Assembly: GCA_965220745.1 (NCBI GenBank)
Contig: CBDCQT010000013.1
Span: 160,001 to 224,000, forward strand
DNA: 64,000 nt
Direction of reading: 5' to 3'
Source of the DNA: Alphaproteobacteria bacterium
GTDB lineage: Bacteria; Pseudomonadota; Alphaproteobacteria; UBA828
In this document: piece by piece, positions 20,844 through 30,820 of the stretch
Layout of the letters: each line of letters starts with the position of its first letter
Numbering within the stretch: position 1 is the stretch's first letter
The notes under the pieces: generated by a model
What the model saw: the letters and a program-made list of their open reading frames with translations, nothing else
What the model was told of the DNA's origin: nothing
The model's database searches: none
Translations under genes and position numbers: made by a program

Positions 20844-21587
20844 TTACTTCTTCGGTTGATCGGCTGAGGGTGCGGGGCTCTCGGGTTCCGGGTCCTCTTC
20901 GTCTTCTTCCACCTTAGCGCCGGGCCTGGCATCGGGCGGGCTGACGATGCCGCCGGAGATCACGAGCTTGACGCCTTCCTCCACGGTCATGTCCAGCGGG
21001 ATGCAATCCTTTCGCGGCACGAACAGGAGGAAGCCCGAAGTGGGATTGGGCGTGGTCGGCAGGAACACGTTGACCATCTCCTCCTCCGTCACCCGCTGCA
21101 CCTCGCCCCGCGTGGGGCTGGTGATGAAGCCGATGACCCAGATGCCCCGGCGCGGATACTCGATCAGCACGACTTCGCGGAAGGCGTTGGCCGACTGCGC
21201 CAGCACCGCGTCGAAAATCTGCTTGAGCACGCCATAGATCGTGCGCACCACGGGCACGCGGGCGACCAGGCTTTCGCCGAAGCGGACCAGGAAGCGGCCG
21301 GCCACGTTGGCGAACAGGGCACCGACCAGCGTGACCAGGATCAGCACGATCACGATGCCGACGCCGGGGACGTTCCGGCCCAAAACGTCGGACGGGTTGT
21401 AGGCGTCGGGGATCAGCGGAACGACCGCGCGGTCGAAGAGATCGACCACCAGCCAAAGCAGCCACAGGGTGATGCCGATCGGCGCGGTGACGACGACGCC
21501 GGTGAAGAAGTAGGTCCTGAGGCGCGCGAAGAGGCCGCGCCTGCGCGGCGGCTGGATGAGACGAGGGGGCGGCGTGCTCTCGTTCAT
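20844..21587 (-). CDS. DUF502 family membrane protein
   Basis: YFFTGVVVTAP, EYPRRG and FLPTTPNPTSGF. Confidence 0.88.
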   Translation of the reverse strand: MNESTPPPRLIQPPRRRGLFARLRTYFFTGVVVTAPIGITLWLLWLVVDLFDRAVVPLIPDAYNPSDVLGRNVPGVGIVIVLILVTLVGALFANVAGRFLVRFGESLVARVPVVRTIYGVLKQIFDAVLAQSANAFREVVLIEYPRRGIWVIGFITSPTRGEVQRVTEEEMVNVFLPTTPNPTSGFLLFVPRKDCIPLDMTVEEGVKLVISGGIVSPPDARPGAKVEEDEEDPEPESPAPSADQPKK

Positions 21588-21877
21588 CTCGGGAGGTGAC
21601 GCCGGCGCCCCGGCCTATCGGGGTGATCGAGCGTTCTCGTCATGATCCCGCGGCCCCGCTTGTACAGTTCTCTGTGTACCTGCCACTCAGCGTTGTCGCC
21701 AGATTATTCGTTGTGGGGCAATGCCGAGCTTGACGCGCTGTCCGACCGTCTGAGGCTGCTTGGCGGGGTGCGACGCGGCGCCTATCATGACGCCACACGG
21801 CGCACCTTCGCGTGGCCGCCGGCGCGGTTGAGCCCGTAAGCCGGCAAAGACTGCGCGCAGCTAGGGAGGAAGAGCCG

Positions 21878-22825
21878 ATGTCCAGACAACTCACCGTCGC
21901 CGCGGCCCAAATGGGACCCGTTGCGCGCGCCGAGACACGCACGCAAGTGGTCGACAGGCTGATAGCGATGCTGCGCGCCGCGCACCAGGCCGGCGCCACG
22001 CTCGTGGTCTTTCCGGAACTGGCGCTCACCACCTTCTTTCCGCGTTGGGTCATCGACGATCCCGAAGAACTCGACAGCTACTTCGAGACCGAGATGCCGA
22101 ACAACGAAACCCAGCCGCTCTTCGCTGCCGCGCAGGAGCTCGGTGTTGGATTCCACCTCGGCTACGCTGAGATGGTCATCGAGGGCGACGGTTCAAAGCG
22201 CTATTTCAATACCGCCATCATCGTCGACCGCGACGGACAAATCGCCGGGAAGTACCGCAAGGTTCACATTCCCGGACATGCCGAGCCGCAGCCCGGCCAG
22301 GTTCATCAGCATCTCGAGAAGCGCTACTTCGAGCCCGGCGACCTGGGCTTCCCCGTGTTCCGCACCATGGACGGCGTGATGGGGATGTGCATCTGCAACG
22401 ACCGGCGCTGGCCCGAGACCTACCGGGTGATGGGCCTCCAGGGCGTCGAGATGGTCATGCTCGGCTACAACACGCCGAGCACCAATCCCTTCGCCAAGGG
22501 GCAGGAGGCGCCGCATCTCGGCATGTTCCACAACCACCTCTCCATGCAGGCCGGCGCCTATCAAAACGGCACGTGGGTGGTCGCCTCTGCCAAGGCCGGC
22601 ATGGAGGAGGGCATTCACCACATGGGCGGGAGCTGTATCATCGCGCCGACCGGGGAGATCGTGGCTCAGGCCCAGACCGAGGGCGACGAGGTGATCGCCG
22701 CGCCGATCGATTTGGAACGGGGAGTTTATATTCGCGAGACCATCTTCAACTTCGCCGCGCACCGGCGGATCGAGCATTACGGCCTCATCTCCAGCCAGAC
22801 CGGCGTGGAGCCGCCGCCCGCCTGA
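21878..22825 (+). CDS. N-carbamoyl-D-amino acid amidohydrolase (nitrilase superfamily)
   Basis: Triad motifs FPELALTTFFPRW, YRKVHIPGH and CICNDRRWPE, plus HLEKRYF. Confidence 0.85.
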   Translation: MSRQLTVAAAQMGPVARAETRTQVVDRLIAMLRAAHQAGATLVVFPELALTTFFPRWVIDDPEELDSYFETEMPNNETQPLFAAAQELGVGFHLGYAEMVIEGDGSKRYFNTAIIVDRDGQIAGKYRKVHIPGHAEPQPGQVHQHLEKRYFEPGDLGFPVFRTMDGVMGMCICNDRRWPETYRVMGLQGVEMVMLGYNTPSTNPFAKGQEAPHLGMFHNHLSMQAGAYQNGTWVVASAKAGMEEGIHHMGGSCIIAPTGEIVAQAQTEGDEVIAAPIDLERGVYIRETIFNFAAHRRIEHYGLISSQTGVEPPPA

Positions 22826-22849
22826 GCGCCGCCGGCCAGCATGGCCGGC

Positions 22850-23821
22850 TCAGACGGTGAGGACGATCTTGCCGAAGTGTGCGTTGGCGCGCATGTGAGC
22901 CTGCGCTTCTGCCGCCTGCTCCAGCTGAAATGTGCGATCGATCGGCAGGCTGAGCGTGCCGTCCTCCACCGCATCCCAGATGTCGGCACGCATGGCAGCG
23001 TTGATCGCGCGCACTTCCTCCACCGAGCGGGTGCGGAAGGTCACACCGATATAGTCGATGCGCTTCAGCGCGTGCAGGTCGAAGTCGAACTCGGCAGTGA
23101 AGCCGCCGAGGCGGCCCACGTTGACGATGCGTCCCAGCACGGCCGCTGCCTGCATGGTCTGGTTGGCGAGCCCGCCCGAGACCTGATCGATGGTGAGGTC
23201 CACGCCCTTGCCGCCCGTGGCTTCGCGCGCCTGCTCCACCCAGGTGGGGTCGGTGGGGTCCAGGGCGAGGTCCGCGCCGAACTCGGTGAGCCGCGCGCGC
23301 CGGCCGGCGTCGCGGGAGGTGGCGAGCACCGTGCCGGCACCCTTGAGGCGGGCGATCTGGATCGCCATGAGCCCCACACCCGAACTCGCGCCCTGGATCA
23401 GGACGGAGTCACCGGCGGCGAGGCGGCCGTTGGTGACGAGCGCGTCGTGCATGGTCTGGAGCGCGATGGGCAGCGTCGCCGCCTCGGTAGGGCTGGCTGC
23501 GGCCTTGGGCACGGGGCAGACCCGGCCCCAGTCGGTGACGGCGTACTCGGCGTAGCCGCCGGCGCCCGAGCACATGACCCGGTCGCCGGGCTGGAACTCC
23601 GGCACTTCGGCACCGACAGCCGCGACCTCCCCGGCCCATTCGAGGCCCGCGATCGCGCCCGCGCCGCCGAGAGACCCGTGGGGGCGCCCTGCCGCCATGA
23701 TCAGGTCTGCCCGGTTCAGGCCGCTGGCGGCGACCTTGACCAGAATCTCGTTTGGCTTGGGCTCCGGCACCGGTACGTCGCGGACCGCCAGACCGTCTTC
23801 GCCAAGCACCACTGCCTTCAT
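22850..23821 (-). CDS. NADPH:quinone oxidoreductase-like MDR protein
   Basis: LNRADL, GLEWAG, GASSGVG and C-terminal HFGKIVL. No Zn-ligand motifs seen. Confidence 0.85.
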   Translation of the reverse strand: MKAVVLGEDGLAVRDVPVPEPKPNEILVKVAASGLNRADLIMAAGRPHGSLGGAGAIAGLEWAGEVAAVGAEVPEFQPGDRVMCSGAGGYAEYAVTDWGRVCPVPKAAASPTEAATLPIALQTMHDALVTNGRLAAGDSVLIQGASSGVGLMAIQIARLKGAGTVLATSRDAGRRARLTEFGADLALDPTDPTWVEQAREATGGKGVDLTIDQVSGGLANQTMQAAAVLGRIVNVGRLGGFTAEFDFDLHALKRIDYIGVTFRTRSVEEVRAINAAMRADIWDAVEDGTLSLPIDRTFQLEQAAEAQAHMRANAHFGKIVLTV

Positions 23822-23978
23822 TTGTCGTCTCCCGCCCGCGTCATGCGTACTCCTCCTTATACCCTCCGCCGGCATGATTGGCGTGGTGGCGCGATTCTTT
23901 CGTATCCATAAGGCGATTGCCGGGTATGTCCTTGTGACGTACATGACATGCCGTTCGGCATGTAACGAAGAAATCGGA

Positions 23979-26444
23979 ATGCGAAGCCCGCGCCGCCGAT
24001 TGACGCCACTGGCCCGGATTGCGGTCCCGCTGCTGGCCGTCGTGGCGCTGGTCTCGGGCTGCGGCGGCGGGGGTGGCGATCCAAGCCCGCAAACGTCGGC
24101 CCCACCGGCGACCGATTTGCCAGCGGAGTCCGACCGGCCATCCGAGCTCGACCCGCCGCCGATCGAGGATGCCATGCCGGCGTGCATCGAGACTATCATC
24201 GGTTGCTTGGCACCGGCGGCGTACGAAGCGGAGCGCCAAACGATCGCAGATGCGCATAGCGGCGCGGACGGGTTCAAGAACCAGTGGGGCTTGAGGCTGA
24301 TTCGGGCGGACCAGGCCTATGCGCAACTCGAGCTGAAGCATGGCAGCGGTACGGAGCCCGGCAGCGGCCAGACGGTTGGTCTGATTGACACCGGCATCGA
24401 TGCAGGGCATCCGGTGTTCGCCGGCAAGACCGTAAGCGAGCATTTTTTCGGTAGGGCGCAAGACGAGACTGGCCGGGAGTTTTCTCATGGGACGGCAGTC
24501 GCCAGCATCATCGCGGCCCGGCAGAACGCGATGTTCGACTACCCCGGCGCGAGTCCCGCGCAGGGTGCCGCCTGGGGCGCCGATATCGCGATGTTCGCCG
24601 TGCCGACTGGTGCAGATGACGGCGCCTACGAACCGATCCCGTTGACTGCTCAAACCAGCGATGACGACCGATGGGCGACCCAGTTTAGGCACTTGATCAA
24701 TTGGTCCAGCGACGGGCGGACACTCGATTTCGTCAACGTGAGCGTGGGGTACCACGGGATCATCGACCAGTACAGCGAAGAGGATCTGCGCGCCAGCTTC
24801 GGCAGCTATATCGAGACCCTCGCGCAGGCGGACACGACCGATAAGATGGTCTTCATCTGGGCGGCCGGTAATGCCCACGGCGACGACTGCAATGCCGTGG
24901 ACTTCGAGAGCGACCCGGACCTTTGCATAGATGGAAAAATCAACGCCAGGTCGGTCGAGGTTCAGGCCGGCCTTCCGGCCCGGATCGCCGAGTTGCGCGG
25001 GCACCTCATTTCCGTCGTGGCCGTCGCGCCCGACAGTGACATGGATGGCGACTACGAGATCGCCGACTTCTCCAATCGCTGCGGCATAGCCAAGGACTGG
25101 TGCATCGCTGCACCGGGCGAGGACGTCCGGGTGGCCTATTTCGGACCCTACGAGGGGACAGCGGGAGCGCGGCGCAACGGCACTGGCGGCGGAACATCGT
25201 TTGCCGCGCCTATGGTGACGGGTGCGCTCGTGGTGATGAAGGACTATTTCCGCGACGAGCTGTACAACACCGATCTCGTTGCGCGGCTTATGGCGACTGC
25301 CAACAAGAGCGGCATCTATGCCGACGCGGATGTCTACGGCCAGGGCCTCTTGGACCTAGCCGCCGCGACCTCGCCTGCCGGTACGCGCACGCCCAGCATT
25401 GCACTCGATCAGCGGGTCGAGGGCGTCGGCGTCGATCTGGCGGCGACCGGCCTCGGGCTCGGCACAGCCCTCGGCGACGGGCTCACGCGGGCGCTCGCCG
25501 GGCAAGAAGTCGCAGCCTTCGACGCGCTGGGTGCGCCGTTTTGGTATTCGCTCGGCACTCTCACCGAGATTGCGCAAGGCCCCTCGGCAGGTGCACGGCT
25601 TCGAAGATTCATGGTGCAAGCGCGTGAAGGACGCGAGCCCGTCCGCTGGCACCCAACTCTCGGTGCACTCGAGGATGTCGATGGGGGTGGCGTCTCCGCC
25701 CCGCTGCGATTGGGCTTACTCGCTACGCCGACGCTGGGAGCCAGCGGGGGGCATCTCTCTCTCGCCGGGCGGGCAGTGGCTTTGGGCACTGCGGGGAACG
25801 GAGGTGTTGTTTCCGCTGCTGCATTTTCCACCGAAGGCCTGGACGGGGTGGCGCCGGCATCGGGGGCCATGATCGTCTGGCAACCGGAAGGAGGAGCCCC
25901 TCTCGGCTTGCACGGCGGTCTGGTGGCCGAACGTCAGGGCCTTCTCGGCTCCAGCGCGACCGGCGCCTTCGGGCGCATGGCGGCTGCGTCCGCCTTCGCC
26001 GGTGTCCAGGCGAGCGAGCAGGTCGGTGCGTGGCATCTCGGTGCCAACGCCGAGATCGGTACGGTCAACGCGTCGGTGCGCGGCGGGCTGATCGGCGATA
26101 TCTCACCGCTAACTACGAGTGCCTTCACCCTCCACGCAGCGCGGTCCTTTGCCGATGCGGGCACGCTCACTGTCTCGCTCTCGCAGCCGCTCCGCGTCGA
26201 GGCCGGCAAGGCCCGTCTTGCGGTCCCGATCGGTCGCACGAAAGATGGATACGTGCGCCGCAGTTCGGTGACCGCCGATCTCGTGCCCACGGGCCGGCAG
26301 ATCGAACTCGCGGCTCAGTGGTGGCAGGCACTCGCGACGGGCGGCGAGCTGCGCTTCGGCGCGATCTGGACCCGCCATCCGGGGCACGCCGCTGTGGCGG
26401 ACCCCGATCTCACGTTGCTGGCAGGTTGGCGGCAGACCTTCTGA
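23979..26444 (+). CDS. S8 (subtilisin-like) serine protease lipoprotein with a putative C-terminal beta-barrel
   Basis: Lipobox LVSGC, triad IDTG / SHGT / GTSFAAP, oxyanion AAGN, and a C-terminus ending GWRQTF. Confidence 0.85.
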   Translation: MRSPRRRLTPLARIAVPLLAVVALVSGCGGGGGDPSPQTSAPPATDLPAESDRPSELDPPPIEDAMPACIETIIGCLAPAAYEAERQTIADAHSGADGFKNQWGLRLIRADQAYAQLELKHGSGTEPGSGQTVGLIDTGIDAGHPVFAGKTVSEHFFGRAQDETGREFSHGTAVASIIAARQNAMFDYPGASPAQGAAWGADIAMFAVPTGADDGAYEPIPLTAQTSDDDRWATQFRHLINWSSDGRTLDFVNVSVGYHGIIDQYSEEDLRASFGSYIETLAQADTTDKMVFIWAAGNAHGDDCNAVDFESDPDLCIDGKINARSVEVQAGLPARIAELRGHLISVVAVAPDSDMDGDYEIADFSNRCGIAKDWCIAAPGEDVRVAYFGPYEGTAGARRNGTGGGTSFAAPMVTGALVVMKDYFRDELYNTDLVARLMATANKSGIYADADVYGQGLLDLAAATSPAGTRTPSIALDQRVEGVGVDLAATGLGLGTALGDGLTRALAGQEVAAFDALGAPFWYSLGTLTEIAQGPSAGARLRRFMVQAREGREPVRWHPTLGALEDVDGGGVSAPLRLGLLATPTLGASGGHLSLAGRAVALGTAGNGGVVSAAAFSTEGLDGVAPASGAMIVWQPEGGAPLGLHGGLVAERQGLLGSSATGAFGRMAAASAFAGVQASEQVGAWHLGANAEIGTVNASVRGGLIGDISPLTTSAFTLHAARSFADAGTLTVSLSQPLRVEAGKARLAVPIGRTKDGYVRRSSVTADLVPTGRQIELAAQWWQALATGGELRFGAIWTRHPGHAAVADPDLTLLAGWRQTF

Positions 26445-26684
26445 CACATATTTGATTCAATTGAATGGAAGCATCGCCACTCGAGAGGGCATAGCATGTC
26501 GTGCCGTTGCGCTGGTCAGTGGCATGCTGCTGACCAGTTGTGACAGTTCAATGACAGTGCCGCGATGGTGCTATAACGATTCGGTAACCGTTGACGCTTT
26601 TCATGGTCACGCTCAAACTTTTGTCGTCGAGTCGTTATTCGCGATAATCGGTATCGAACCCCAAGAGTGAAATGGGAGCGAGCA

Positions 26685-26960
26685 ATGAACAAGGCTGAGC
26701 TGATCAGGGCTGTCGCAAGCGACGCGGACATTTCCAACGCCGACGCTGCGCGCGCGGTGGACAGTGTGTTCGGCGCCATCACCGACACGCTGCGGAGCGG
26801 CTCCGACGTCAGGCTGGCGGGGTTTGGTTCGTTCAGCGTCGTCGAACGGAAGGCCACGACCGGACGAAACCCCCGCACGGGCGAAACGATTGCGATCGCC
26901 GCCTCCAAGCAGCCGAAGTTCAAGGCTGGCAAGACGCTCAAGGACGCGGTCAACGCCTGA
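26685..26960 (+). CDS. hupB: DNA-binding protein HU
   Basis: MNKAELI, GFGSF, GRNPRTGE and KFKAGK. Confidence 0.93.
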   Translation: MNKAELIRAVASDADISNADAARAVDSVFGAITDTLRSGSDVRLAGFGSFSVVERKATTGRNPRTGETIAIAASKQPKFKAGKTLKDAVNA

Positions 26961-26982
26961 TCGCTGTCCCGCCGGCTGGCGC

Positions 26983-27058
26983 GGGCGGTTAGCTCAGCTG
27001 GGAGAGCGCTTGGTTTACACCCAAGAGGTCGGCGGTTCGATCCCGTCACCGCCCACCA
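26983..27058 (+). tRNA. tRNA-Val(TAC)
   Basis: GGGCGGT...ACCGCCC-ACCA with anticodon arm CTTGG-TTTACAC-CCAAG. Confidence 0.96.
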
Positions 27059-27228
27059 GGCGTCGGTTGTTCCAGGTGCGCGACGACGCGGAAGCCTAGC
27101 CGAGCAGGCCGGGCCCCGCAGCGCGCGGTCCCTTCTGTTCCCACCCTCAGCCAAGCAACTTGACCGCGCCGGACCCCTGCTCTACATGGAGGCGGCCGGC
27201 GCGGCGACGGCACGCCGCCGGACCTGTC

Positions 27229-27307
27229 GGGGGTGTAGCTCAGCCTGGTTTAGAGCGCCGGCCTGTCACGCCGGAGGTCGCGGGTTCGAGTCCCGTCACT
27301 CCCGCCA
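27229..27307 (+). tRNA. tRNA-Asp(GTC)
   Basis: GGGGGTG...CACTCCC-GCCA with anticodon arm CCGGC-CTGTCAC-GCCGG. Confidence 0.95.
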
Positions 27308-27479
27308 CTTCCCCGGGGCGCCGTTCTTGAGCACCGGGACGGGAAGAGCTGCAACGGGGTGCCGTTTTGATGCAGGCTGCGGGATTCGGGGGTGGCCGGG
27401 GATGGCTGCGGCGCGAATGCCGTAGGGCGCCAGTGCGCGAACCGTTGGCCGCACGAGGCCGATCGGTAGGTGATCGCTG

Positions 27480-27854
27480 ATGACTGCATCGACTGATCTT
27501 CTCCTCGAATATCTGCCCATCGTCATCTTTCTCGGTATCGCCGGTGTGATGGCGATTGCCGCCATCGCGGGCTCCTACGTGCTCGCGCCGCAACGGCCCG
27601 ATCGCGACAAGATCGCCGCCTACGAGTGCGGCTTTGACGCCTTTGAGGATGCGCGCGGCCGCTTCGACGTGCGCTTCTACCTCGTGGCCATCCTCTTCAT
27701 CATCTTCGACCTTGAGGTCGCCTACCTGTTTCCGTGGGCGGTCTCGTTCAGCGAGATCGGGCTTTACGGCTTCTGGTCGATGATCGTCTTCCTCGGGCTG
27801 CTGACCATCGGCTTCGTGTACGAGTGGAAGAAAGGCGCGCTCGAATGGGAGTAG
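27480..27854 (+). CDS. nuoA: NADH-quinone oxidoreductase subunit A
   Basis: [13 protein letters not shown] and EWKKGALEW. Confidence 0.96.
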   Translation: MTASTDLLLEYLPIVIFLGIAGVMAIAAIAGSYVLAPQRPDRDKIAAYECGFDAFEDARGRFDVRFYLVAILFIIFDLEVAYLFPWAVSFSEIGLYGFWSMIVFLGLLTIGFVYEWKKGALEWE

Positions 27855-28399
27855 AGAGCACGACCGTCGGCCTGCCGGGCAAGCCGTTGCCGGCGGGTGA
27901 GACCCAGGATCAGGCGCTCGCGCTGGTCAGCGGCGAGCTGAACGACAAGGGCTTCGTCGTCGCCCAGCTCGACAGCGTCATCAACTGGGCGCGCACGGGC
28001 TCGCTCTGGCCGATGACCTTCGGGCTCGCCTGCTGCGCGGTCGAGTTCATGCAGACCATCGCGTCCCGCTACGACATCGACCGCATCGGTATGGTGCCGC
28101 GCGCGAGCCCGCGCCAATCGGACGTGATGATCGTCGCCGGCACGCTCTGCAACAAGATGGCGCCCGCGTTCCGGCGGGTCTACGACCAGATGCCGGAGCC
28201 GCGCTACGTCATTTCCATGGGTAGCTGCGCCAATGGTGGCGGCTACTATCACTATTCCTATTCGGTGGTGCGGGGCTGCGACCGTGTTGTCCCGGTGGAT
28301 GTCTACGTCCCCGGCTGTCCGCCCACGGCCGAAGCGCTGCTTTACGGCATCATGCAATTGCAGCGGAAGATCCGGCGCGAAGGGACCATCGCGCGCTAG
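27845..28399 (+). CDS. nuoB: NADH-quinone oxidoreductase subunit B
   Basis: [17 protein letters not shown] and PGCPP. Confidence 0.96.
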   Translation: MGVESTTVGLPGKPLPAGETQDQALALVSGELNDKGFVVAQLDSVINWARTGSLWPMTFGLACCAVEFMQTIASRYDIDRIGMVPRASPRQSDVMIVAGTLCNKMAPAFRRVYDQMPEPRYVISMGSCANGGGYYHYSYSVVRGCDRVVPVDVYVPGCPPTAEALLYGIMQLQRKIRREGTIAR

Positions 28400-28423
28400 C
28401 GCGCGAGCAGAGCGGGCGAGGGG

Positions 28424-29047
28424 ATGGACACGGCCGGACTACGCGACCTGGGCGAGCACGTCGCGACCAGTCTCAGCGACTACGTGTTCGCGGCCGAGGT
28501 CACCCGCGACGAACTGACCGTGGACGTGCGCGCGGACCAGGTGGTGCGTGTGCTCAAATTCCTGAAGGACGATCCGCGCTGCCGCTTCGAGCAGCTGACC
28601 GACCTCTGCGGCGTCGATTATCCGGAGCGAGACCCGCGCTTCGATGTCGTCTATCACCTGCTCAGCTTGAGCCACAATTGCCGGCTGCGCCTCAAGGTCG
28701 GCGTCAACGAGGACCAGCCGGTGCCGTCGGCGACCGAGATCTACCCCTCCGCCGGATGGTGGGAGCGCGAGACCTGGGACCTCTACGGCATCTACTTCGC
28801 CGGCAACCCGGACCTGCGCCGGCTGCTCACGGACTACGGCTTCGACGGCCACCCGCTACGCAAGGATTTTCCGCTCACCGGCTACGTGGAGCTGCGTTAC
28901 GATTCGGAGCAGAAGCGGGTGGTGTACGAGCCGGTGAAGCTCACCCAGGAATTCCGCCGCTTCGACTTCCTGAGCCCCTGGGAAGGTGCGGCCTACCCGC
29001 TGCCGGGCGACGAGAAGGCGGATGAAGCGGGCGAGGACGGGCGCTGA
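28424..29047 (+). CDS. nuoC: NADH-quinone oxidoreductase subunit C
   Basis: ERETWDLYG and [10 protein letters not shown]. Confidence 0.96.
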   Translation: MDTAGLRDLGEHVATSLSDYVFAAEVTRDELTVDVRADQVVRVLKFLKDDPRCRFEQLTDLCGVDYPERDPRFDVVYHLLSLSHNCRLRLKVGVNEDQPVPSATEIYPSAGWWERETWDLYGIYFAGNPDLRRLLTDYGFDGHPLRKDFPLTGYVELRYDSEQKRVVYEPVKLTQEFRRFDFLSPWEGAAYPLPGDEKADEAGEDGR

Positions 29048-29049
29048 TC

Positions 29050-30228
29050 ATGAGCGAGCGCCAGATCCGCAACATGACCGTGAACTTCGGGCCGCAGCAT
29101 CCGGCGGCGCACGGGGTTCTCCGCCTTGTGCTGGAGATGGACGGCGAGGTGGTCGAGCGGGCGGACCCGCACATCGGGCTGCTCCATCGCGGCACCGAGA
29201 AGCTGATCGAGTACAAGACCTACCTGCAGGCAGTGCCCTACTTCGACCGGCTCGACTATGTCGCGCCGATGAACCAGGAGCACGCCTACGCGCTCGCGGT
29301 CGAGGCTCTGCTCGGACTGGAGATTCCCAGACGGGCCCAGTACATCCGGGTGCTCTACAGCGAGATTTCGCGCATCGCCAACCACTTGATGAACATCTGC
29401 ACCATGGCGCTCGACGTCGGCGCGATGACGCCCTTCTTCTGGGGCTTCGAGGAGCGTGAGCTGACCATGGAGTTCTACGAGCGGGCGTCGGGCTCGCGCC
29501 TCCATGCCGCCTACTTCCGCCCCGGCGGTGTCGCCTACGATCTCGCCCCCGACTTGCTCTCGGATATTGGTGCGTGGAACGAGAAATTCCCCAAGGTCAT
29601 CGACGACATCGAGAACGTGCTGACCGAGAACCGCATCTTCAAGCAGCGGACAGTCGACATCGGCATTCTGAGCCCGCAGGAGGCCTTCGATTGGGGGCTC
29701 ACCGGGCCGGTACTGCGCGGCTCCGGCGTCTCTTGGGACCTGCGCCGCAACCAGCCCTACGAGGTCTACAGCGAGCTCGAATTCGGGGTGCCTGTCGGCT
29801 CCAACGGCGACTGCTACGAGCGCTATCTCGTCCGCATGGAAGAGATGAGGCAATGCGTCAAAATAATCGCGCAATGCCTTGAAAAGATGCCGGAAGGGCC
29901 GGTCAAGGTTCAGGACAACAAGATCACGCCACCATCCAGGGCCGTGATGAAGGAGTCGATGGAAGCGCTGATCCATCACTTCAAGCTCTACACCGAGGGC
30001 TACCACGTGCCGGCGGGCGAGACCTACCGCGCGGTGGAGGCGCCGAAGGGCGAGTTCGGGGTCTATCTCGTGGCCGACGGCACCAACCGGCCCTATCGCT
30101 GCAAGATCAGGGCGCCGGGCTTCGCGCACCTGCAGGTGCTCGATCACATGAGCAAGGGCCACATGCTGGCAGACACGGTGGCCAACTTAGCCAGCATGGA
30201 CATCGTGTTCGGGGAGATCGACCGGTGA
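29050..30228 (+). CDS. nuoD: NADH-quinone oxidoreductase subunit D
   Basis: [15 protein letters not shown] and DIVFGEIDR. Confidence 0.97.
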   Translation: MSERQIRNMTVNFGPQHPAAHGVLRLVLEMDGEVVERADPHIGLLHRGTEKLIEYKTYLQAVPYFDRLDYVAPMNQEHAYALAVEALLGLEIPRRAQYIRVLYSEISRIANHLMNICTMALDVGAMTPFFWGFEERELTMEFYERASGSRLHAAYFRPGGVAYDLAPDLLSDIGAWNEKFPKVIDDIENVLTENRIFKQRTVDIGILSPQEAFDWGLTGPVLRGSGVSWDLRRNQPYEVYSELEFGVPVGSNGDCYERYLVRMEEMRQCVKIIAQCLEKMPEGPVKVQDNKITPPSRAVMKESMEALIHHFKLYTEGYHVPAGETYRAVEAPKGEFGVYLVADGTNRPYRCKIRAPGFAHLQVLDHMSKGHMLADTVANLASMDIVFGEIDR

Positions 30229-30818
30229 CGGGCACGGCGGGCAACGGCGCTGAGGCGTTCGTCTTCACGCCCGAAAACCGGGCCAAGGCGGACGCCGTGA
30301 TCGCCAAGTACCCGGCGGGCTGTCAGGCCAGCGCGGTGCTGCCGCTGCTCGACCTTGCGCAGCGTCAGAACGGCGGCTGGATCTCCCAGGCGGTGATGGA
30401 GCACGTCGCCGAGCTGCTGGATATGGCGTCGATCCGGGTCTACGAGGTCGCGACCTTCTACACGATGCTGAACCTGGAGCCGGTCGGCCGCCATCACGTC
30501 CAGCTTTGCCGGACGACGCCGTGCTGGCTGCGGGGCTCGGACGCGCTGCGAGATGCGTGCCGGGAGGAGCTCGGCATCGGCCTGGGCGGGACCACGGAGG
30601 ACGGCCTCTTCACGCTGACCGAGGTCGAGTGCCTCGGCGCCTGCGTCAACGCGCCGATGGTGCAGATCGACGATCATTTCTACGAGGACCTCGACCCGGC
30701 GCGCATGAAGGAGATCCTGCGTGCCTTCCGGGCCGGGAGCCCGCCCGAGACGGGCCCGCAAACCGGCCGCCAGACCTCGGCGCCCGCCTCGGGCCTGACC
30801 ACACTGACCGAGCTTTGA
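30225..30818 (+). CDS. nuoE: NADH-quinone oxidoreductase subunit E
   Basis: EVATFY, CRTTPC and ECLGAC. Confidence 0.95.
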   Translation: MTGTAGNGAEAFVFTPENRAKADAVIAKYPAGCQASAVLPLLDLAQRQNGGWISQAVMEHVAELLDMASIRVYEVATFYTMLNLEPVGRHHVQLCRTTPCWLRGSDALRDACREELGIGLGGTTEDGLFTLTEVECLGACVNAPMVQIDDHFYEDLDPARMKEILRAFRAGSPPETGPQTGRQTSAPASGLTTLTEL

Positions 30819-30820
30819 CC

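Noticed and set aside
26452-26670. 72-aa ORF upstream of hupB
   Set aside because: TTG start, no RBS and atypical codon usage; more likely promoter DNA.
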